19,299 bases of DNA from Armatimonadota bacterium (GTDB taxonomy: Bacteria > Sysuimicrobiota > Sysuimicrobiia > Sysuimicrobiales > Humicultoraceae). The notes below the pieces were generated by a model. It saw only the letters and a list, made by a program, of their open reading frames with translations, did not search any database and had not been told where the DNA came from. The stretch is from NCBI GenBank assembly GCA_037443365.1, contig JBBIOM010000025.1:10865-30163 (forward strand), given 5' to 3'. Shown one piece after another: positions 8,971 through 19,299 of this stretch. The position numbers and the translations under genes are program-made. The stretch's first letter is position 1, and each line of letters opens with the position of its first letter.

Positions 8971-9441
8971 GTGACGGAGACGGCGTTTCAGGACCTCTAT
9001 CCCGACGACCTGAGTTACTGCTACGGCTGCGGCCGTCTGAACGAGCACGGGCTGCGGCTTCGGAGTCACTGGGAGGGCGAGGAGAGCGTGGCGGTCTTCA
9101 CCCCCCGTCCGTACCACATCGCCCTTCCCGGCTACGTATACGGCGGGCTAATCGCCTCCCTGATAGACTGCCACGGCACCGGCACGGCCGCGGCCGCGGC
9201 CTACCGGGCCCAGCGACGCGATCCGGGAACGGAGCCGGCGCTCCGGTTCGTCACGGCATCCCTGCACGTGGACTATCTGCACCCGACGCCACTGGGCGTG
9301 CCGCTGGTGATTCGGGGACAGGTCAAGGAGGTCAAGGGCCGCAGGGTCGTCGTGACGGCGACGGTCTCGGCCGAGGGGAAGATGTGCGCGCGCGGTGAGG
9401 TCGTGGCCGTGCAGATGCCTGAGCACATGAAGCCAAGGTAG
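8971..9441 (+). CDS. PaaI/hotdog-fold thioesterase family protein
   Basis: CYGCG..N.HGL, PGYVYGGLIASLIDCH, VTASLHVDYLHPTP. Confidence 0.88.
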   Translation: MTETAFQDLYPDDLSYCYGCGRLNEHGLRLRSHWEGEESVAVFTPRPYHIALPGYVYGGLIASLIDCHGTGTAAAAAYRAQRRDPGTEPALRFVTASLHVDYLHPTPLGVPLVIRGQVKEVKGRRVVVTATVSAEGKMCARGEVVAVQMPEHMKPR

Positions 9442-9465
9442 ACACACGGAGCGGAGGAGCCGAAC

Positions 9466-11343
9466 ATGGACGATTCACCCGCGGCGCAGGCGGGGATACC
9501 AGCGGGCGGGCCCGGTGGAACAGCGGTCCCGCCGCGGAGCGCCATTCCCGTTGAGCATACCTGGGACGCTGCCAGCATCTTCCCGACCAACGACGCGTGG
9601 GAGGAGGGCTTCCGCGAGGTAGTGGGTGCTCTGCCGAAGCTGCAGGCCTTTCGCGGCCGCCTCGGCGACGATGCCGGGACACTGGCCGACTGGTTCGATG
9701 CGATGCAGGGAACGCTTCGTCTACTCTGGCAGGTCGTTGTGTACGCCAACATGGGACACACCGTGGACAAGACCGACCAGGAGGCCGCATCCAGGCACGA
9801 CAGGGCCCGAGGGCTCCTGGCCAGGGTTACCGCAGCGGCGGCGTTCGCGGAGCCCGAGATCATCGCCGCGGGGTTCGACAAGATGCGCCGTTGGATCGAG
9901 CAGGAGCCGCGCCTGGCGATCTACACCCACTACATGGACCGGCTGGAGCGGCGTGCTCCACACGTACGCTCTCCGGAGGTGGAAGAGCTGTTGGGACTCG
10001 TTGCGGATCCCTTCAGGTCGGCCGCCGCGACGCACGGCATACTCGCGGACGCCGATCTCGTGTTTCCGCCGGCCCGGTCCTCCGCCGGCGAGACGTTTGC
10101 GGTGGCCCAGGGCAACCTGCGCGTGCTCCTGTCGCACCCCGACCGCGAGGTGCGGCGCACCTCGTGGGAGGGATACGCGGACACCCACCTGGCGCACAGG
10201 CACGCCATGGCCAATTGCCTGGCAGCCGGTGTCAAGCAGGCCGTGTTCACGGCTCGCGCCAGGCGGTACGATTCGGCGCTGGAGGCCTCGCTACTGGCCA
10301 ATGATATCCCGGTGGACGTCTTCCACAGCCTGATCGCGGCCTTTCGCCGCAACCTGCCGATCTGGCATCGGTATTGGAGCCTGCGACGGCGCGCCCTGGG
10401 ATACGACAGGCTACGCGCCTACGACGAGCGGGCGCCGCTTGGCCTGCACGAGCCGCGCGTGCCCTTCGCGCAAGCGATCGAGTGGATCGCGCAGGGGCTG
10501 GCGCCGCTGGGCCAGGAGTACGTGGGCGTGCTGCGGCGCGGAACGCTCGAGCAGCGATGGGTGGATCGCCTGCCCAATCAGGGCAAGCAGTCCGGCGCCT
10601 TCTCAATGGGCGCACCTGGCACGTACCCGTTCATTCTCATGAGCTACAGCGACGACATCTACAGCGCCAGCACGCTGGCGCACGAGCTCGGGCACTCGAT
10701 GCACTCCTACCTGGCATGGCGCACGCAGCCGCTCGTCTATGCCCGCTACCCGCTGTTTCTGGCTGAGGTCGCTTCGAACTTCAACCAGGCCATGCTCCGG
10801 GCCCACCTGCTTGCCACGCAGGGCGATCCCGGGTTTCAGATCGCCGTGATCGAGGAGGCGATGTCCAACTTCCACAGGTACTTCTTCCTGATGCCCACGC
10901 TTGCCCGGTTCGAGCTCGAGATCCACAAGCGGGTGGAGCGTGGCGGGGCCTTGACGGCGCGTGACCTCAGCGCGCTCATGGCCGACCTGTTCCGTGAGGC
11001 GTACGGCGATGAGGTGGACGTTGACGCCGAGCGCGTCGGCGTGACGTGGGCCGCCTTCCACACGCACCTCTACATCAGCTTCTACGTATTCCAGTACGCG
11101 ACGGGGATCGCCGCCGCGCACGCCCTGGCAGGCGACGTTCTGTCCGGCTCCCCCGGGGCCCCAGAGCGCTACCTCGCGTTTCTCTCGAGTGGCGGCTCCC
11201 GATATCCCCTCGACGCGTTGAAGCTGGCTGGCGTTGACATGACCACCCCCGAGCCGGTGGACCGGGCGTTTCGCACCCTCTCGGACATGGTGGACCGGCT
11301 GGAGGATCTCCTGGGGAGGACCGATGTCGGGAAGCACGGATAG
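9466..11343 (+). CDS. pepF: Oligoendopeptidase F (M3B)
   Basis: [12 protein letters not shown] zinc motif, [52 protein letters not shown]. Confidence 0.95.
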   Translation: MDDSPAAQAGIPAGGPGGTAVPPRSAIPVEHTWDAASIFPTNDAWEEGFREVVGALPKLQAFRGRLGDDAGTLADWFDAMQGTLRLLWQVVVYANMGHTVDKTDQEAASRHDRARGLLARVTAAAAFAEPEIIAAGFDKMRRWIEQEPRLAIYTHYMDRLERRAPHVRSPEVEELLGLVADPFRSAAATHGILADADLVFPPARSSAGETFAVAQGNLRVLLSHPDREVRRTSWEGYADTHLAHRHAMANCLAAGVKQAVFTARARRYDSALEASLLANDIPVDVFHSLIAAFRRNLPIWHRYWSLRRRALGYDRLRAYDERAPLGLHEPRVPFAQAIEWIAQGLAPLGQEYVGVLRRGTLEQRWVDRLPNQGKQSGAFSMGAPGTYPFILMSYSDDIYSASTLAHELGHSMHSYLAWRTQPLVYARYPLFLAEVASNFNQAMLRAHLLATQGDPGFQIAVIEEAMSNFHRYFFLMPTLARFELEIHKRVERGGALTARDLSALMADLFREAYGDEVDVDAERVGVTWAAFHTHLYISFYVFQYATGIAAAHALAGDVLSGSPGAPERYLAFLSSGGSRYPLDALKLAGVDMTTPEPVDRAFRTLSDMVDRLEDLLGRTDVGKHG

Positions 11344-12460
11344 CGACGCACATCGCAGGATTCAGAGGCTGGCTCCTCTTGTCGGAAACACGCCCCTTCT
11401 TGCCGTTGACTTCTTCTATCGTGGCAGGGAGCGCACACTCTACGCCAAGGCCGAGAACCTGAACATGACCGGCAGCATCAAGGACAGGATGGCGCTGCAC
11501 GTCCTGGCGCAGGGCTACGCCCGGGGCGTCCTGGGGCCCGGCTGTACGATCGCCGAGGCTACGAGCGGCAACACGGGCATCGCATTCGCCGCGATAGGCC
11601 GGTCCCTTGGGCACCCGGTCGTCATCTTCATGCCGGATTGGATGAGCGAGGAAAGGGTCAACCTGATCCGGAGCCTGGGTGCGCAGATCGTCCTCGTAAG
11701 CAGGGAGGAAGGCGGGTTCCTGGGTTGCATTCAACGCTCTGAGGAACTGGCCGAGAAGACCGAAGGGGTCTTCCTGCCCAGGCAGTTTTCGAATCACGAC
11801 AACGTCGAGGCGCACTACTGCACCACGGGTCCGGAGATATGGTGGCAGTTGCGTGCCCGCGCCCTCCGGCCCGAAGCCTTCGTGGCCGGCGTGGGCACCG
11901 GCGGCACGGTCATGGGGGTCGGACGCTTCCTGCGGGAGAAGCACCCCGGCGTGAAGGTCCATCCCCTGGAGCCGACCAGCTCGCCCACGCTCAGAACCGG
12001 ACACAAGGTGGGAAAGCACCGGATCCAGGGGATATCGGACGAGTTCATCCCGCCCATCGTGGACCTCGACACGCTGGACGCGGTGATTGATGTGGACGAC
12101 GGGGACGCGATCCTCATGGCGCAGAAGCTCGCCGCCGAACTGGGCATTGGGGTTGGGATCTCCTCGGGAGCGAACTTCCTGGGCGCGCTCAAGGTCCAGG
12201 ACGGCCTTGGAGACGACGCCGTCGTGGTCACGGTCTTCTCCGACGACAACAAGAAATACCTGAGCACCGATCTGCTGCGGGAGGAGCCGGTCAAGGAGGA
12301 CTACCTTGCCCCGGAAGTGCGGCTCCTGGGATTCCGGGCGTTGAAGCGGGTTTGCTACACCTGCTGTGACCCCGAGGCTTGCGCCGAGATCGCCATCGGG
12401 GGCCTCGCAGAGGAAAGCCCTCCGCCGCAATGCATTCTTCGACGTCCTGTTCCTGCCTGA
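11324..12460 (+). CDS. PLP-dependent cysteine synthase family protein
   Basis: [47 protein letters not shown]; overlaps pepF by 20 nt, GGGAGG SD. Confidence 0.92.
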   Translation: MSGSTDSDAHRRIQRLAPLVGNTPLLAVDFFYRGRERTLYAKAENLNMTGSIKDRMALHVLAQGYARGVLGPGCTIAEATSGNTGIAFAAIGRSLGHPVVIFMPDWMSEERVNLIRSLGAQIVLVSREEGGFLGCIQRSEELAEKTEGVFLPRQFSNHDNVEAHYCTTGPEIWWQLRARALRPEAFVAGVGTGGTVMGVGRFLREKHPGVKVHPLEPTSSPTLRTGHKVGKHRIQGISDEFIPPIVDLDTLDAVIDVDDGDAILMAQKLAAELGIGVGISSGANFLGALKVQDGLGDDAVVVTVFSDDNKKYLSTDLLREEPVKEDYLAPEVRLLGFRALKRVCYTCCDPEACAEIAIGGLAEESPPPQCILRRPVPA

Positions 12461-12556
12461 TGCCGCAGGGAAGCACCCGGGACGCTGCCGAATCAGACCT
12501 AGACCGAACGGGACCGAGGCAGGAGCAGAGACGACGCGTTAAGGAGGATTGCAGTC

Positions 12557-13444
12557 ATGGCGCATAGACATATCGCGGCGCTGATCGTGGTTGCGCTGGT
12601 GGTGGGAATGGCCGGTGCGATGGCGCAGGCCGGGCCGGCTCCCAAGAAGCTGGTACTGGGAATGGTGCCCTCGCGCGAGATAGGTCGCATGATGGAGAAC
12701 CTGGGGCCGCTCTCCAGGATGCTGTCCGACCGGATCGGAATCCCGGTGGAGGCCGTTGTGACCACCAACTTCACCGGATTGATCGAGGCCATGGGCACGG
12801 GGCGCGCGGACATCGGCATCTTCGGCCCGTTTGCCCTGGTCCTCGCAGAGGAGCGGCACAAGGTCATCATCGTGGCCAAGTCCATTCGCCGCACGCGAGG
12901 CAACTTCGTCACCAGCTACCACGCGGCCATCAACGTGCGGGTGGACTCTCCGTTCAAGACGCTGGCGGACCTCAAGGGACGTCGGTTCGCGTTCGTGGAT
13001 CCGGCCTCGGCCTCGGGATACCTGTTCCCTTACGTGATGCTGGTGGACGCGGGGATCAACCCCGAGCGTGACCTGCGCACGATCTTTGCCGGGTCTCATG
13101 ACGCGGCAATCGTGGCTGTGTACAAGAAGGACGTGGACGCGAGCGCCACGCACGACAACGCGATTCCCGATTCGGTTCGCGAAATGCCCGACGTGGAGCA
13201 GGTCGTCAAGATCCTGGTTCGGAGCAGCCCGATTCCCAACGACGGGGTTGCGGTCCGGCGCGGGCTCCCCGACGAGCTCGTGACCAAGATACAGGACGCG
13301 TTCGTGGATCTCGGCAAGACCGCAGACGGAGTGCGCCTCTTGGATGCGCTGTACAACGTGATCGGATACGCCAAGTCGGATGGTAGCGAGTTTGGCGTCA
13401 TTCGCAAGACCTATAGCCTGATGCGCGACAAGATCCGGATTTGA
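12557..13444 (+). CDS. phnD: Phosphate/phosphite/phosphonate ABC transporter substrate-binding protein
   Basis: Signal peptide; [43 protein letters not shown]. Confidence 0.92.
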   Translation: MAHRHIAALIVVALVVGMAGAMAQAGPAPKKLVLGMVPSREIGRMMENLGPLSRMLSDRIGIPVEAVVTTNFTGLIEAMGTGRADIGIFGPFALVLAEERHKVIIVAKSIRRTRGNFVTSYHAAINVRVDSPFKTLADLKGRRFAFVDPASASGYLFPYVMLVDAGINPERDLRTIFAGSHDAAIVAVYKKDVDASATHDNAIPDSVREMPDVEQVVKILVRSSPIPNDGVAVRRGLPDELVTKIQDAFVDLGKTADGVRLLDALYNVIGYAKSDGSEFGVIRKTYSLMRDKIRI

Positions 13445-14226
13445 GCGCACCCCAGATCGAGATCAGGGGGGTCGAGGTCCGGTTCCCCGGCGGGGTCCAG
13501 GCCCTTCGCGGCGTGGACCTCGCCGTGCACCGCGGGGAGTTCGTCGCCATCGTCGGGTTGAGCGGCGCCGGCAAATCAACCCTGCTGCGAACGGTCAATC
13601 GTCTCGTTGAGCCGACCGCGGGTTCGGTCTGGTTCGAGGGAGAGGACCTGACCGCCGTCTCGCCCGGTCGCCTGCTTGAGGTGCGCGGGCAGATCGGGAT
13701 GATCTTCCAGACCTTCAACCTGGTCAAGCGTTCGTCGGTGATGCGCAATGTGCTGGCCGGGCGGGTGGGTCGCCTTCCCACGTGGCGGGCGCTGCTCGGC
13801 CTGTTCTCCCGGCGCGATCTCGAAATCGTACGCCAGGCGCTGCGCAAGCTCGACATCGAAGACAAGGCGTTTGTCCGGGCCGACGCGCTGAGCGGCGGCC
13901 AGCAGCAGCGTGTGGGCATCGCGCGCGCCCTGGCGCAGGAGCCAAAGGTGATCCTGGCGGACGAGCCCGTTGCCTCACTGGACCCGCCCACTTCGCACAT
14001 GGTGATGCGCGACCTCCGCCGAATCAACCAGGAAGGCATAACCGTGCTGGTCAACCTCCACTTCATAGACCTGGCCCGTGAGTACGCGGCGAGGGTGGTG
14101 GGCCTGCGTGACGGACAGTTGGTCTACGACGGCCCGGCGGGCGACGTGGACGACGCCACATTTGAGGAGATCTACGGCCGGGCGCTGAAGGCCGACGACT
14201 TCCGGGGAACGGACGCTGAAGACTAG
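13441..14226 (+). CDS. phnC: Phosphonate ABC transporter ATP-binding protein
   Basis: Walker [38 protein letters not shown] start overlaps phnD TGA. Confidence 0.93.
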   Translation: MSAPQIEIRGVEVRFPGGVQALRGVDLAVHRGEFVAIVGLSGAGKSTLLRTVNRLVEPTAGSVWFEGEDLTAVSPGRLLEVRGQIGMIFQTFNLVKRSSVMRNVLAGRVGRLPTWRALLGLFSRRDLEIVRQALRKLDIEDKAFVRADALSGGQQQRVGIARALAQEPKVILADEPVASLDPPTSHMVMRDLRRINQEGITVLVNLHFIDLAREYAARVVGLRDGQLVYDGPAGDVDDATFEEIYGRALKADDFRGTDAED

Positions 14227-14968
14227 GCTCACCCTCGTAACCCTGGCCGGGGCCGGGCTGTACCTCTGGAGCGCGGCCGGTATCGGCGCATCCCCCCGCG
14301 CTATCTGGGACGGGCTCCCCAGCTTCTACAGATTGATGGGCGACCTGTTCCCCCCCAACTGGGAGGTGCTTCCGGTCCTGGTCAGCCCCGCGCTACAGAC
14401 CCTTCAGATGGCCCTCGTGGGCACCACCCAGGGCGCGCTGCTGGCGGTCCCGCTGATCCTGCTGGCCTCGCGCAATGTCACGCGCCAGCCCTGGCTCTAC
14501 TACGGCGCGCGGGCGGTCCTGAACCTGCTCCGCACGATCCCGGAGTTGCTCTACGCGGCCATCCTGGTGGCGGCGGTGGGCATAGGCCCGTTCGCCGGCA
14601 TCCTGGCGCTGACGGTGTTCTCCCTGGCGATCGTCGCCAAGCTGACCAGCGAGAGCCTGGAGGCCATTGACCCCGGGCCGATGGAGGCCCTCGAAGCGGC
14701 CGGGGCCAACCGGTTGAAGCTCGTGCGCTACGCGGTTGTACCACAGATCCTGCCGGCATACCTGAGCTACACCCTCTTCGTGTTCGAGATCAACGTGCGG
14801 GTCTCGTTCGTGCTGGGCCTGGTGGGTGCCGGAGGGATCGGGCAGCTCCTCCTGACCGCGCTGAACCTCTTCCGGTATCAGAGCGCCACGGTGATAATCC
14901 TGGTCACGCTTGCTGCCGTCGTCATGATTGACGCCATCAGCGTGCGCGTCCGGCAGGCCATCGTATGA
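14216..14968 (+). CDS. phnE: Phosphonate ABC transporter permease (probable CTG start)
   Basis: FPPNW, LRTIPEL, GIGPFAG, EAIDPGPMEAL, FEINVR, GLVGAGGIG; frame extends 39 codons upstream of TTG 14333 and encodes the first TM helix. Confidence 0.88.
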   Translation: MKTRLTLVTLAGAGLYLWSAAGIGASPRAIWDGLPSFYRLMGDLFPPNWEVLPVLVSPALQTLQMALVGTTQGALLAVPLILLASRNVTRQPWLYYGARAVLNLLRTIPELLYAAILVAAVGIGPFAGILALTVFSLAIVAKLTSESLEAIDPGPMEALEAAGANRLKLVRYAVVPQILPAYLSYTLFVFEINVRVSFVLGLVGAGGIGQLLLTALNLFRYQSATVIILVTLAAVVMIDAISVRVRQAIV

Positions 14969-15747
14969 GCAGGGAGGCCGCGCTGATCGAGCCGGGGCGC
15001 TGGAAGATCTGGGCGGGCGCTGGCCTGTTCGCCGTTGTGTTCGTCTGGTCGGCCCGCGGCGTGGAGGCCAGTCTTGCGCGGTTCATTGAGGGGTTGCCGC
15101 TGCTGGCCCGCATACTTGTCCTGATGCTCGTTCCGGACTGGTCCTGGGCCGGACGATCGCTTTCGGGCATGGTTGTGTCGGTGCAGGTGGCGCTCCTGGG
15201 CACCACGGTCGGCATGCTGCTTGCCTTCCCGCTGGCGTTCCTGGCGGCGCGAAACATCGCTCCCCACCCGGCATCGAGCTACCTGGGCAAGCAGGTGCTC
15301 AACCTGATACGTACCTTCCCCGAGATCATCCTTGCCATCTTCTTTGTCGCCGCCTACGGACCAGGAGCCCTGGCCGGCATGATGGCGATCGGGCTTCACT
15401 CCACGGGCAGCCTGGGCAAGTTGTACGCCGAGGCGGTTGAGACGATCGACCCGGGCCCGCTCGAAGCCCTCCGCGCCGCCGGAGCCAACCGGATCAAGAC
15501 CTTCTGGTTCGCCGTGCTTCCACAGGTGATGCCCGAGTTCGCGGCGCTGTCGCTCTACCGATTCGAGATAAACTCCCGCGCCGCGACCGTGCTGGGGCTG
15601 GTTGGAGCGGGCGGAATCGGCACGATCATGGTTCAGGCCCTGCAGTTCCGCCGGTGGGAGGTCGTGGGCATGGCCCTGATCGTGATCATCGCGGTCGTCA
15701 CCCTCATTGACACGGCCAGCGCAGCCCTGAGACGGCGCCTGGTCTGA
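14965..15747 (+). CDS. phnE: Phosphonate ABC transporter permease (second copy)
   Basis: IRTFPEI, GPGALAG, GKLYAEAVETID, YRFEINSR, GLVGAGGIG; ATGA overlap with the first phnE. Confidence 0.93.
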   Translation: MSREAALIEPGRWKIWAGAGLFAVVFVWSARGVEASLARFIEGLPLLARILVLMLVPDWSWAGRSLSGMVVSVQVALLGTTVGMLLAFPLAFLAARNIAPHPASSYLGKQVLNLIRTFPEIILAIFFVAAYGPGALAGMMAIGLHSTGSLGKLYAEAVETIDPGPLEALRAAGANRIKTFWFAVLPQVMPEFAALSLYRFEINSRAATVLGLVGAGGIGTIMVQALQFRRWEVVGMALIVIIAVVTLIDTASAALRRRLV

Positions 15748-15824
15748 GGCCTCTCATCGGGCAGGCAGGAAGTGGGCGGCCGGGCGGGTAACCCTGTCCT
15801 CAAACCGAACTGGAGGTGGGTGCC

Positions 15825-16052
15825 GTGGTCTCAGCTATGGTGCTGATCAAGACGGGTCCGGGCCAGGCCCGCCGCGCGGCGATCTCCATCCGGAAGATCA
15901 AGGGCGTTCGTGAGGCGCATGTCGTTACCGGTCCATACGACATCATCTGCAGGACCGAGGCAGGGGACATGACAGCGCTTGCCGACACGGTCATCTCAAA
16001 GATCCAGAGGACCCCTGGAGTCACCGACTCGCTGACCTGTCTGGTGGTGTGA
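15825..16052 (+). CDS. Stand-alone Lrp/AsnC ligand-binding (RAM) domain protein
   Basis: AMVLI.T.PG, I.GV.EAHVVTGPYDII, IQ..PGV..S.T; GGAGGT 7 nt before GTG 15825; no HTH. Confidence 0.88.
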   Translation: MVSAMVLIKTGPGQARRAAISIRKIKGVREAHVVTGPYDIICRTEAGDMTALADTVISKIQRTPGVTDSLTCLVV

Positions 16053-16074
16053 CCGGCCGGGGGTCAAACAAGGG

Positions 16075-16102
16075 TTGACAAGCAGGGGTCGCCCACTATA
16101 AT
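16075..16102 (+). promoter_or_regulatory. Consensus sigma70 promoter, probable rRNA promoter
   Basis: TTGACA (16075-16080), 16 bp spacer, TATAAT (16097-16102); 16 bp spacers are typical of rrn promoters. Confidence 0.88.
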
Positions 16103-16120
16103 GAGGGTTGGCCCGGACAC

Positions 16121-16215
16121 AAGGAGCTGATTGGGTGGTTCAGCCGAGCGCATAAATCGCATACGGCATCCCCGATGAGCGTTCCAGAGGGGAACGAGCT
16201 CATCCCCTCTTTTTT
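16121..16215 (+). promoter_or_regulatory. Attenuator-like leader: SD + mini-ORF + alternative hairpins
   Basis: AAGGAG 16121-16126; GTG GTT CAG CCG AGC GCA TAA 16135-16155; 16174-16185 can pair with 16123-16132 or with 16191-16204. Confidence 0.5.
16186..16215 (+). terminator. Intrinsic terminator in the 23S leader
   Basis: AGAGGGGA-ACGAGCTCA-TCCCCTCT followed by TTTTT. Confidence 0.7.
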
Positions 16216-16327
16216 GTGCCCTGCCCCGAGCCCTGCCGCCGAACCGCGGAGGCAGTGCTCGGAGAGAACGCCTCAATGTTCCTGCCGGCGGCCCCGGCTG
16301 GATCCGTCGCAAGAGCGGTGACGGGGC

Positions 16328-16344
16328 GAACCTTGACAACCGAA
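16328..16344 (+). promoter_or_regulatory. boxA-like / rRNA processing-stalk element
   Basis: GAACCTTGACAACCGAA resembles the CTTTGAAAACTGAA-type motif upstream of bacterial rRNA genes; ~95 nt before the 23S 5' end. Confidence 0.6.
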
Positions 16345-16433
16345 GATGGACGAAGACATCCCGACCCGCGGGGAAAGAAGGCCCGGCGGGAAGGTGGTGT
16401 GTTGCCAGGCTCTATACAGCTGCTCCTAGGGCG

Positions 16434-18527
<2,094 letters not shown>

Positions 18528-19245
18528 AGGACCGGGTGCTGCCCCGGAAGGGCCGTTACAAAATCCGGCTATATGCTGGAACGGCTCGTGGATCCCACGC
18601 TACCCCTGAAAGCCGCCATCGCTCTGCCGATGGGAGGTGGGAGGGGTGACAACGCGATGGGTGGAGCAAACCAGCAGGAAAGGCTCTCGAGCACAGAGCA
18701 GCTGAAGTGGTTTCTGGCGGGATTCGTCGAGGGAGAAGGAGCCCTCTGCGTTAGCATCAAGGAGCATCCGACTGCAAGGTTCGGCTACTACGTCGATCCT
18801 GAGTTCTTCCTGTATCAGCACGCGAGCGGGCTGAGAATCCTTGAGCTGGCAAGGACGCTCTTTCGAGGTGGACGGATCGCGGTCAAGCCAGGGAGTCAAT
18901 GCGTGCTGGTGTACTCAATTGGTCACCAACGCACTCTTGCCGAGGAGGTCGTTCCCTTCTACGAGAGGTACGTGGCTCGGTTCGCATGCAAGAGGGAGAC
19001 CTTCGAGGCATTCAGAGAGATACTGGCGAGACTGAACCGCAAAGAGCACTTCAGTGCCCGGGGAATGCTTCGCATCGTTGAGAGGGCGTATGCGATGAAT
19101 CCCGACGGCAAGGGTCGTCGGCGGCTGAGGCCGCTGGCGGTCGTGCGAGAGAGAATCCTCAGAGGCCATACGCCGGACTCGCAAGCCCCTCAAGGCTTGG
19201 GATGAAGATATGGTCCAGTCCTCATGGCGACATGAGAGGCGACTG
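18528..19245 (+). mobile_element. Group I intron at 23S position L1923 (718 nt)
   Basis: Splits TAACGGT^CCTAAGG; P1 TAACGGT/GCCGTTA (18552-58) with U-G pair; P3 TCCGGC/GCCGGA; P4 TGCTGG/CCAGCA; P7 GGCCAT/ATGGTC; P9 CTCATG-GCGA-CATGAG; terminal G at 19245. Confidence 0.95.
18657..19205 (+). CDS. Single-motif LAGLIDADG homing endonuclease, I-CeuI-like
   Basis: WFLAGFVEGEGALCVSIK, VDPEFFLYQH, G.I..KPG, VVPFYE; start uncertain (in-frame ATG at 18573, 18630, 18657). Confidence 0.9.
   Translation: MGGANQQERLSSTEQLKWFLAGFVEGEGALCVSIKEHPTARFGYYVDPEFFLYQHASGLRILELARTLFRGGRIAVKPGSQCVLVYSIGHQRTLAEEVVPFYERYVARFACKRETFEAFREILARLNRKEHFSARGMLRIVERAYAMNPDGKGRRRLRPLAVVRERILRGHTPDSQAPQGLG

Positions 19246-19299
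<54 letters not shown>

Noticed and set aside
23-15399. Long alternative-frame and antisense ORFs (e.g. 472-1620+, 2355-3308+, 5578-6801+, 7492-8631+, 11075-12430-, 12539-13450-)
   Set aside because: Shadows of recognisable genes in high-GC DNA; Arg/Pro/Gly-rich with no family motifs.
16123-16186. Possible tRNA (hairpin ending in TTCCA)
   Set aside because: No cloverleaf, no T-arm GTTCGA motif, no matching acceptor stem.
16333-16362. Second TTGACA as a promoter directly upstream of 23S
   Set aside because: No -10 at 16-18 bp; better explained as part of the boxA-like motif.
16362-16392. CCCGCGGGGAAAGAAGGCCCGGCGGG, loosely like the ykkC-riboswitch P3
   Set aside because: The conserved P1 elements (CUAGGGUUCCG) are missing; probably an ordinary leader hairpin.

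Overview
High-GC bacterial chromosomal window. Left part (1-16052): a family-5 ABC substrate-binding protein and a saccharopine/lysine dehydrogenase-family gene (minus strand), two Nudix hydrolases, an ICMT-family methyltransferase, gene remnants (PNPOx-like fragment, internally deleted peroxiredoxin), an F420-dependent Ddn-type reductase, rubrerythrin, UPF0182, a thioesterase, pepF, a cysteine-synthase-family enzyme, a phnD-C-E-E ABC transporter and a stand-alone Lrp/AsnC domain. Right part: a consensus sigma70 promoter, a ~325 nt leader, then a 23S rRNA gene with no 16S upstream (unlinked rRNA). The leader contains an SD + mini-ORF and mutually exclusive 1:2 / 2:3 / 3:4 hairpins ending in an intrinsic terminator, i.e. 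an attenuator-like switch ahead of an rRNA gene (the most novel observation; function is a hypothesis). The 23S is interrupted after U1923 (E. coli numbering) by a 718 nt group I intron encoding an I-CeuI-like LAGLIDADG homing endonuclease. Protein family calls come from recognised motifs; no database search was run.
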